DNA of 29,663 bases from Vezdaea acicularis (taxonomy: Eukaryota), in the NCBI GenBank assembly GCA_026025075.1, contig JAPEUI010000032.1:124001-153663 (forward strand), written 5' to 3'. Numbering within the stretch: the first letter of the stretch is position 1; each line of letters opens with the position of its first letter. The position numbers were made by a program, and so were the translations under genes. This document shows positions 10,925 through 21,005 of this stretch, in pieces. The notes under the pieces are model-generated. The model saw only the letters and a list, made by a program, of their open reading frames with translations, was not told the DNA's origin and did not search any database.

Positions 10925-11345
10925 GAGGTGTCCAGGGGCTGGACACGATTTTGAAGCCAAGTAGCTTATGTTTTCATGAGGGGGAGGTGAGGGGCCCGGT
11001 GGGGGCAATGGAGGAAGCTTGAGAGAGAATCACGCGCCGCCTTACATCGTCTACGTGAAAGGAGAGCTAGAATAAGGAGTTGTGATATCGTTCATTCGTA
11101 ATCATGACTAGCTTGCAGCGCCAAACGCACCACCCATTGCATCTGAGCGCCTGTTGATACCGTATCGAGCAATACCCACGGCACATACATCGCTGCAAGT
11201 GCCGCTGAGAGAAGAAATAAAACGCCGTCCATGCAAATGCGCTTGCAAACGCAGGGGGGGGGGGACAAACAGAGAGCGCCAACTCAGGGGCTAGGTCGAG
11301 ATGAAGGAAAACAAAAGTACGGTTCATTAATGCATTAATACGTCC

Positions 11346-12359
11346 TCACCAATCAACAGCCCAGCCGTTGGCCTCCAAAAACTCGTCGCACGCTTGCTTG
11401 AGGGCCAGGTTTGGACGGAGATCGCTGTCGTGCAAGGGTTCGCGTGTTAAGGGATCCGTCTCTGACTGACGGAGGTGTTCCAGGAGAGTTGGGCGGTCGT
11501 ACGACCGGCCGTTCTTCGTCTGCCAGATCGTCAGCATCCTGCCCTCTTAGTTACCAGCGTTAAAGAACTTACCACGACGGGGTCGTGCATGATGTTAAAC
11601 GTGATATTATCGATCAGATAATCCGGGACTTCTCTCGGCTTCAGGTTAGCCGGATCCGCCAGGGCAAAGACACTCTTCAGCTCGTCGATCTTCCGCCTCG
11701 ACAGATCATCCAGAATCTCTAGCTCTTCCTTTGCCACCACGTTGTCGATCTCGCACCGCTGCAGCTTGCCTATTATAGCCTGGCGCTCGCTCTCACGCGC
11801 CTGCTGAAGGCGCTCCTCCAACTCGACGACAAGGTAGCCCCGCCGCCGCATGCGCTCCTTCTCCTTCACGGCCCATTTCTCCTTCTTGACGCGGAGGATC
11901 AGCTCTGCGATCTTGGCGGCGCTGGGGCTCTTCTGCCTGAGGCAGAGATCGTAGGCCATGAGGCCGGAGGACAAGGCTTCGTTCGGGTGGCCCAGCTCGA
12001 TCTGGGCTTCGGCGAGGAAGAAGTACGCTTTCATGCTGTCCTTGTTGATCTGGATAGCCATGAGACAGTCGTTCAGACAGTCCTCCCATTGTTTCAGCTT
12101 CTGGCGCGCGAAGGCCCGGTTGGTGTAGAATATGTCGTTCCGAGGGTTTTTGAGGATGCTATACGCAGGGGTTTAGCATGAAACATAAAATCTTGGAACT
12201 GGTGGAGTTCACGCTTTGGTATAGCAGGCCTCAGCGCCCTTGTAGTCCTCTTGTGCGAATAGTCTACGGATATGTTAACAGGCTGGCTTGGGCGTGGGGC
12301 GATAGCGACGGGGCTTACTCGTTACCTTGTGCCTTGTACTGCATCGCTTGGTCCGACAT
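11346..12359 (-). CDS. STUB1: TPR + U-box E3 ubiquitin ligase, CHIP/STUB1 homolog, 4 exons, ~283 aa
   Basis: Exons 12359-12319, 12263-12213, 12158-11573, 11519-11346. TPR clamp residues (KAQGNELF..EDY..A...YTKAI..NP....YTNRA; KAYFFLAEAQ). U-box VPDYLIDNITFNIMHDPVVTKNGRSYDR..L.EHL....TDPLTREPL...DLRPNLALKQAC. Ends NGWAVDW*. Confidence 0.93.
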
Positions 12360-12751
12360 CCTGCAGACCCTTTGATGTCCTGTTGCCTAGGAATTTACAG
12401 AGAAACAAAATGGTTATTAGGTAGAGGTGTCTGCAAACGGCTTGAGAGCGACCTGCGTTCTCAGCCTCGTGGTTCTTATTCAGAGAAGCGTCTGGAAGGT
12501 TAGCGCTCGGTAAGTCGGTTTGATATTGCGCGTTCTCTCAGCTCTGTGGCAAACGGTTACGTGTCTAACTAGGTTATGGAGAAAGATGGGCGAAAACGGA
12601 TTGGTTTTTTATAGGAGTTCGGGCGATTCATTTGCTTTCATATTCATTCACTGCTTAGATTTATTGGTAGACATGCCATATACAGAGCATTTGCCACTAT
12701 CACTTTCGAGCATGGCATACATTGAACACAACATGTCCTTTTGATACGAAA

Positions 12752-12784
12752 ATGAGTCACTCATACGTGACTGTGATGATCACA
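12752..12784. promoter_or_regulatory. Cluster of dyad-symmetric motifs including a Gcn4/CpcA(AP-1)-type TGACTCAT
   Basis: ATGAGT-C-ACTCAT, AGTCAC-6-GTGACT and TGTGAT-G-ATCACA overlap within 33 bp, ~400 bp upstream of the CHIP ATG. Confidence 0.45.
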
Positions 12785-14813
12785 TAGAACATGATAGCTA
12801 GGTAAACGCACACGTTTCTGTTGATTGTCTCGGGGTTGAAGGCGGAGAGTAATAGCGTCTAATCGTCTGTATTGCGTTTGCGCCTGCGCCTACAAGTCTC
12901 CGTTTCCAGACTTGGGGATGAGCTCAAGATAAGTAACGGATCGCTGAAGCAAGTGCCAGTGATGTAGCGTATTATGGTTTTAAGTCTTGATGTACAGAAG
13001 GTTCCAATGTCTAGATGGTTTGGACCTGATCTATCTTCGCCCCTACTCGCCGAGCCTCAACGTCCTCCTCAACCTCAATTCCCAGAGGTCAAAAATCTAA
13101 AATGGCTAGAAGCACAACAAGTTAGCGCTTATCTTGTCGTTTGAAAAGGGACACGGTTGATTTCCTACGTTGTCCGACGGCGGTACCTCTTTCACCCAAT
13201 ACTCTCCTATCACCGGCAGTTTCTATTATAACCATATCATCAGCCCTCAACCTTCCACCCCACACCAAAAGACCAACATCGCCTCACCTGAAGAATATCC
13301 TTCTGCACCCTCGGTATTCCCTCCGCGAGGTACAATACCGTCAAACCCGCAACCGCCCCGAAGCCTCCTGCCATGAATCCTCTATCGGTTGAAAAAAACA
13401 ATCAGCACCCAGCCCTCTTACACAGAGCTTGGATCAAAGATACACGTACAATCTCGGCAAAGCCTTATATGAGAGACCATGGAAGTTTGGCGGGATGGAA
13501 TATCTGATGGGGCGTGTTAGCTAGCGGTCGCAAATCCGGCGATGGGCGTAGTAAGGCGTACTTGGGCCCGTAGGGCGATTGATAGCTCTGGAGATGGTGT
13601 TAGCCAGTCGAGTAGATGACTAGAAGAAGGTGGCTTTTACGTACGCTTGGCATTGTGGGTGCAGTGAGATGGATGAGGTTGGAGTTGGATTTGGGGATGT
13701 ATACGACTTTTCTGATGGAGATTCGGGGCGGTTGGAAATTCGCGTCGGGGAAGAGCTCGGGTGGCTGCAGGCTACGTCAAGGCATTTGGCGGTTTCAACA
13801 AGTAAACTGTCACAACATTATTAAATACACCTGCAGCTTTGCTCTAAAATTTCCGCAGTCTTTAGATAGAATTTCATCTTTTCAAAATGCTAATTGATCA
13901 CGTCGACAAGGTTATCAAGCTGCGAATGCACGAGATCACCGCCGTTTTACCCCGTTTGGCAAAATACCCATGTGAACCATCGTAGTCTGCTTTGCACACT
14001 TGCGATATTGACTCTCATAATTTCACTGTACTTAGCTTCAGTTCCTCCTCCTATCTCAATTCACGCCCCACCCACCCATCTCAACCCCACATCCCAAGCC
14101 CAAACCCAAGCCCATACCCACCAAACCGTAAAATCTGCATCGTCAGTCACCGAAACAGTGAATTGACTGCTCACCCTACAACCGCGCAACCCCAAACCAT
14201 ACCAAGCACGTGAACGGCGCGGGTGTGGAGTAGGAGCGTGTTCAGCGCGCCTCATACCTCCCCTTAGAGATATTTGTTTAGAGGAAAGAGGGGGGGGGGG
14301 GACCCGTGAGTAGGTAAGTAAGGAGTCTCGAGGGCAGTATTCGGACACCCAAAGCGCTTCTGGAAAAGAGGGGGGCTTCTTTCTATTAAAAGAAAGGGGG
14401 GGAGGAGGACAGCCAGAGCAAGCAGCGCGAGCTGAAAAGGGGGAAAATCACTCCCCTCCACACCAAAGAAGCGAAATAAAATGCAGTAACTTAGTAGACG
14501 AAAATCATTCTCTGCTTCTAGAAAAAGAGGAGGAGATGGTATCTAATCTCGTCTCGTACGTATCGCCCATGTAGCTATTCGGTCCTCCAGATGAAGAGCA
14601 AGCTTGTTGAAGATTCGCAAAAAGATCATGCGCAGCAAAACTCCATTTGCTCCCGTTTCCGCAGGTATGAAGTGCCCCATAGCAGAAAAGAAAGCCACCG
14701 CTCCATTCATCCAGCTATGTCCTTAAAATTTTCCTTAATACACCATCTCCACTTTATCCTCCCACAATTCTTACATTCTCGCTACATCCTCAATACATCC
14801 ATACGCGACGAGA

Positions 14814-15280
14814 CTACTCTTTAGAGTGTCTAGTAGGCGGTCTATGATTCTCCAGAATCTTGGTGATATTCATCTTGCGCTTATACCGCGTCCAGCGGCT
14901 CCTCCTGCCCAACGCCTCCAACTCCACCATCACGCCCTTCTCCTCGGTCGTCTGCGTGTCTGGATTCAATTTCTTCCACCAGAGGACTTTATTCCACTTT
15001 TTCGGCGGGCGGGTCCAATTCTGGTGGGCGGAGCGCGAGGAGCAGCTGGTGAGGTCAAGCGTGTTGATGACGTATGATTCGAGCTTTGCGCTCTGGTTAT
15101 CGACGATGCCTCGATCGGTGTTTTTGGTGGCGATGCTTTTGTCAACTTCGCGGTGGGGCGGAGCAATAGGCGCAGAGGCGCTCATATCGACGTGGACGGG
15201 GCCGATCTCGTCGTTGTACAAGTCAAAGACTATGGACTTGGGGTTGGGAGGTGGGCTGAATGGGCTGCTGCCTTCGTCAT
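14814..15280 (-). CDS. Putative terminal exon (155 codons) of the F-box gene, or an independent small ORF
   Basis: Protein-like ORF (DEGSSPFSPPPNPKSIVFDLYNDEIG...RPPKKWNKVLWWKKLNP) immediately preceded by branch GCTGAC and acceptor CACTAG at 15281; a phase-compatible GTACGC donor lies at 15468. Confidence 0.5.
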
Positions 15281-15364
15281 CTAGTGACACACACAGGTCA
15301 GCTTTTCGACTCTTTTCATGCATGTTTCTCGTGCAGGCGCAAAGACACAGGCAGGTGGCATGTG

Positions 15365-17280
15365 CTACGAAGTAACAATAGCAGCGTCATCATCGTCGTC
15401 GTTGGAGTCGAACGAGATGTGGCCCACCTGGCCGGCGACGACAGAGTCAATGAAGTGGTGTTGCGTACAAGATGGAAGACTTGCGACATCGAGGCCGCAG
15501 AATTCTCGGGAGGCTTTTGCCTCCGGCCCTATGTTCCACCGTACCAATCCCTTGTCGGTGATGGCGTAAAGAGTGTCCTCGCCCACGAAGGCCAACTTGT
15601 GTATAACGGCGCTGTTCGGAAGTTCAACGGGACTGATATGTGAAGCAGAGCCGTTGACTGAGGCGCCGCGATTGCTGAAGTATGAGTACTGCCGACCGTT
15701 CTCGAGTGGCTCACGGCCAGAATCAAGTTCGGGCGGCTCTATCGTCCAGATGAGAAGACGCCGCCACGAGGCCATAGCGATATGTTTATTATCTTGTGAG
15801 AGGACCATCACAGTTCCCACGGAGGAGGAGCCCTGCTCGAAGCCATCCAGGCGGCATACAGGGGTCCAAGTATCAGCTCTTCGTCGGCCGAGATCTGTTG
15901 AGAGAAGGTGGTCGCAAAATTGATGGGCGAGCTCTTCTATGCCCAGGACAATCCAGGCGCTGGCACCATGATCCTGATCACCGGGGTAAATAGCAAGAGC
16001 AAGCCACGATTTGCGGCATTGATCGGCACCGGCATCATCTACAAAGATCTCATGAGCTCCATGAAATGGCATGCCAATCTTGAGGTCGATTTCGGACGTA
16101 AACGTTTCATTTCCATAGTTGAGGAGCTGAACTTGCTCAAAGTTTCGAAGAGTAGTCCCGTCAAACGAGTCACCAGATATAACATTGGCATAGGATGAGT
16201 GTATCGGACAGTCGGGCGTGTAGAGGAGGATTTGCTGCCGATCCGACAAGAACTGCATGCCACTGATGAACTCTCTATCACGAGGAGGAACAGGACTTCG
16301 AGTAAAGATTGTTTCGCGTGGTGATGGGTCTAAGTCCGACGTAAGTTGTTTGACAGGAAACAGGAACTATCATCTCTGAAGAGAAACACAGAAAGGAAAG
16401 AGTGGAACGAAAGAAAAGCATATGGGGGAATTGGCAAAAGGGACTCACCATATCCGTAAGTATCCATAGTATATTTGCGCCGATTATACAAGCATGCAGT
16501 AGTCAATTCCGTCTCTGTGGGTTTGAGAAGCCGCCACGAAATAGCTGCTGTTCCGTCCTTTGAAAGGGCTAAGCTGATCGGTACAGACCCAGGATCTCGT
16601 GAACGCTTAATGTCTCTTGTTTCATGAACGTAAGATGACCAAAGACGTGGGCGGTGGTTTGCCGCAAGCTTCTTATAGCAGACCAATTGGAGCGTATTCA
16701 TAGACTGTCTTCTTGCTTCTTCAACAAAGCTTGACCTTTTGATTTCGTCGTCGGTCGTTGCAGGGAGTTTGTATTGATAGAGAACCGCAACGTCCTCGTC
16801 TTCAGAGAAGGCTACTTTGACAACATCCATCTCTGCCCCCCCAGTGTGCGGGTTACAATCCTCTGGTCGCAACTCTGCTTCAAAGCGGAAATGGTCCTCA
16901 AAGAGGGTATAAAGTCGGACAGCCGGTTCATCGCGTAGTACGACGGCCAGCCTCGGGTGACATCTCTGCAAGAAGACACATTCCTTGATCTTGATATTTG
17001 TGAACCTCGGAGCAAACTTGGCAACATCAGCAAAGACATTCATGCCACAGAGGTTCTGCGTTGCCCGCTTCCTGTACTCGACAGCGAGGCGCTCAGTGCT
17101 GAGATCCTCGAGACCTTCCTTAATGCCGGGTAATGCGTGTAGTTGAGCTAACAGTACGGACTTGGTCGTGAGAGCGGTACTTCGGGTCACCTTGCAAACG
17201 AAGAGAAAGACATAGAATTCATCTGGCTCTAGCTGCCGGAGCACTTGCGCCAGCAATTCGGTCGGAAGGTTTAATAACAT
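15365..17280 (-). CDS. F-box domain protein; minimal model 2 exons (~598 aa), possibly extended by a third exon to 14814
   Basis: ATG at 17280 gives the F-box-like start MLLNLPTELLAQVLRQLEPDEF. Exon 1 17280-16449, intron GTGAGT..TTAG (119 nt), exon 2 from 16329 in frame with the 15365-16258 ORF. Downstream region looks like beta-strand repeats (inference). Confidence 0.8.
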
Positions 17281-19275
17281 CGGGAGAGACCAAGTAGTTA
17301 AGCTGAGCTTGCACAAAGCTCAGCCGTCAACCGCGACGCTCGAGATTGAATCTTCAACGGGTCAATGTCTCTATGTCTGGAGAGTTTGGTACCCTTCCAA
17401 AAGATTGGGTTATTTATGTGGGTCGGAGCCTAGTAAGATGAGGGTTGTTCGAAGGGTAATTAAATTGTTCAGACCGAGCTTCAAGTAACCTTTCCGTCTT
17501 GTAACGAGGTTGTGTGGTAACACCTAGTGAATGATGTATGCGAGCTACGCCTTCAAGTGAGTGTCGGTAAGGACCTTCCGCCAATCGCAAGTAGGAATAT
17601 CGAAGAAGCTAGAGTTAGAGAATATCTTCACGATCCAGGACTGGGTTACCACTGTGTGAGCGTGCAAACCCCACGAGCCCAGACGAGTTGGTGAGACTAC
17701 CTCTTTGCTGCCAATATGAAGAACGATGACACGCAAATTGGACAGTTGTACTCATATCTCCAATCGACCGAGTCCTTGAAGCACAGTCAGGCGCAGGTGC
17801 AGGCTCCACCCTTGGTGGTTGCCTTCGAATCAGCCTTCTACCCACCGCAGCGACTAACACCGCCACACCGCCGCACTGAGGGCGGCTGGGAATGAGTAGA
17901 GGATGGATTGCATATAACCCTTTTACATGGCGGCTTCTGCCAAATCAAGAGAATTGTGGAAAAGAAGGACGGTTGACTCAATATGTCAAGTCACATGTTC
18001 TTTGGTTGACGGTGGATCCACGCGGGTCACATCGAGGCTGAGGATTAGCCCGACCAGCTCTCGGTCCGTTCCCCAACTTTCGCTCCCGGTCAGGCGAAGC
18101 GACGCGAATCCCTTATCCCAACTGGGAGGAGCTGCATGGGCAAGAATAGCCTCGACCAGGCCCCCTCAGGCAAACGTGATCGTCATTGCTTGTCCCATCC
18201 CGCGCCCGAAAAACCCCGTTATGAGTTGATCACCATCAGCCTTTCTGCACCGGCGGCACCACCCTCAGCCTCAAGTCATCTGTTTGATTTATTGGCGCTG
18301 CCTTGTGTCATAGTTATGATCTCAATCCGATACCGTCGAACAGGAGCCATGGAGCTTGATTCTTCTCTAGGCCCTTTAGTCATGGCTTATCCGGCTGCTG
18401 CACAACTCACCTATTTCTGGGCTGGGAAGCGAGAGCGATGCCGACCAACCACTCAGAACTCTCCAGCCACACCAAGAATTAGTGGCTTGATGCAACTCGT
18501 ATCACCCTCTCACCAGATTGATCCTCGACTTGGTTGGCTGGCTTGTCATTGGCCCTGACCCAAACTGGACTGCTTCCATAAACCTCTGACCAGTGACCTG
18601 TTGACGGAGAAAGGTCCGGTTGCCCTCGATTGCTTCCCGATTGCGTGCTCCACCGTCTGGCAGCCTCGGAAGATCTGTGGCCTGAGCTGAAGGCGGTCTG
18701 GGGTCTATTTGAATTTGGTCAAATGGAGTATTGGGTCGACTTCCATGAATCTCTAATATCGCTTTATGCCGCGGCATGCGGACAAAGAGAGGGTACTATC
18801 CCCATGCAACGGAGAAGGCCCGCACGACGAGCTCAGTTAAGAGCTTCGCGTGGGATCTAAAAAAGTGGCAAATGCGCGAAAGCGGATCTACTGTCGCCTT
18901 TTCAAGAAATGCACCGTTGCAAGTTGCATGCTGCAGGATTCTTCAACGAGCGGGCGGCCTTCTCTCCGCACGGTACTGGACCGGAACCGGATCCGGAACA
19001 TCATTTCGCCTGTGCTCTCCGGCCCTATCATGGCATCATGATGGCCGAAAGGACTGTTCTAGACTCGGCCAAGTATTTGATATCCGGTGGTGCTGCCCGA
19101 TTCACCGCGATTTGCCATGCACAGAGGCGCCAAAGTGTCAAAAGGCCGTTGACAAAGAAAGTTTCTTTTCTTAATGGACTCGCTTGCCTCGCTCCAGCAA
19201 GTTGTGGACGCAGGTGGAAGATGCGGCCTCGGAGGCGAGCGAGGGGCAAGAGCGGAAGGGACGAAGAGTCGAGTC

Positions 19276-19301
19276 AAGACGAGACGAGACGAGATGAGAC
19301 G
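19276..19301. repeat. (GAGAC)n pentanucleotide microsatellite, ~5 imperfect units
   Basis: aagac gagac gagac gagat gagac read directly. Confidence 0.85.
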
Positions 19302-21005
19302 TCTGGAACAAGCAGGAACGATAAGCGAGACGACGTCATCGCGTTTGAGCAAGGAGCTGTCCGGATGGAGAAGCTGCGGATGTCGGATCGACTGAGACCG
19401 AGCGAGACTGCCGCAAAAAGGCGTTAGGGCCGGTACATGTCGACAACGAGACAGACGGTATAGTATGCACGAGGGAGCAATATTGTTTGTGCGGTGGGGG
19501 CTTGCTGGCGTTGTCGTCGACGAAAAAGGCGATGGTGCATATTGGGGAGCGGTGGGGTGAAACGGGGGTGGGCTTTCGGGCTTATTCCAGCCGGTGCATA
19601 ACTGGCTATGACAGTAGAGGCTTGACAACGCTTTAAGCCGACGACGCTTGACGGCGTCCGAGCCCTGGAGGCGTTCGAGACTGCTCATTCTCGGGATGCC
19701 GACGCCCATGCCCTTGCCCTTGCCCTTGCTCCCCGTGCCCGTCTATTCCCCTTCCGCTCATGCACACCCACTTTTAGGGAATTGACCGTCCAATCCGCCC
19801 CCGTGCGGATGATGCTTATTATGTGTCTCGAAAGAACTTACCCTGAAGGTGCCGTGCTGGCCAAGATTTGGATTACCAACGATCTAAACGCGGCAGGTGT
19901 AAGAGAGTGCCGGTCTAGACCAACGCTTGGAAGAGCACCACGGAGATGGCAAATATCTAGAGGAATCCAGTGCACCGGCCCAAACAAAGCGTGGCCTCCT
20001 CACGGCGCGAATAGCTCTAACGGCTTTCTCGCCATAACGGTCGACGCCATCGACAACAGGGCGACCGCACGGCCAGACGACTGGACGGGGCGGAGGCACG
20101 CAAGTGTAGGAACTGACCTGACCTGAATCTGACCCGACCATCATCGCTGCGGCCAGGACTGCCAGGGCGCCCGACGCTGTTAAAGACGCCTCATCCCCAA
20201 CCTCAGCTGCGACACCCACTCACTCATCAACTCCTCCTGCCCTTCGTCATTGTGCCTGCGGTCCTCAGGTCGCGTGGGACGTGTGTGACCGTGTCCATAA
20301 CGCCCGGACGCAGCGAGTGGTGCCTGCGCGCCCTCTTGTCATCCGTACCAGCGTCGAGCGTCGCTTTCCTTCTGCCTGTCGTCGCACGCTGGCATTTCCG
20401 CTGACCCTCTGACGCAGGGCTCACCCTGACACCAAGCAGACCCCTTCTCTCCTCTCTGCAGCGGAGCCGTCTCAAACCCCCGCACTAGAAAGGGAGGGAA
20501 CTGACCAGCCCCGTTGGCTGCAGCTGGCTGTCGATCTGCGGCCGATCGACCCTCACATAGCCGACTCGAAGGGAACGAACTCCCAAACAGACCTTCCCCC
20601 AACAACGAGCGAGAGCGGGCGAAAGAGGAAGATCCACTCGAACGCACCCCACAAGAACGCCAGCAGTGAGTGAGGAGTCTGTGCTACTCGGTCGGACGGT
20701 CTTCGCCGTCTCTCCTTCCCTGCGGCCGCACACGAGTAAGCCTCAAGCTGGTGACCGGGGCCCTTTTCGCATGATTAATGCTTGAGGTCTCATCGCCACT
20801 TGCGCTGCCTCGAGACGTCATATCCCCGTCCTTCGACACCGCATAACGGAGAGCCGATTGCTTTTTCGGCTTTTTCATCGAAACCTTTCACCCTCATCAA
20901 CTCAACATGGCTATTTCGCATAAAGCAATGAATCAATCGCGGTCATTGTTGTGATCCACCTTCTCGCCAACGAGACTCCCGTAACGACTTCACGTCCCGC
21001 TCAAT

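Noticed and set aside
12773..12947. Possible box C/D snoRNA (GTGATGA ... CTGA)
   Set aside because: No terminal stem and no recognisable rRNA-antisense guide; the C-box-like word is part of a DNA palindrome.
14860..15375. 171-aa hydrophobic + strand ORF
   Set aside because: Best explained as the antisense mirror of the minus-strand ORF, which has splice signals and more protein-like composition.
6174..17280. Idea of a protein-quality-control gene cluster (Eps1-like PDI, CHIP, F-box)
   Set aside because: The genes are interleaved with unrelated ones, share no evident common element, and these categories are frequent enough to co-occur by chance.
17927..19709. Several 100-216 aa ORFs in the F-box/PTP intergenic region
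   Set aside because: No domain motifs, no coherent splice structure, mutually overlapping.
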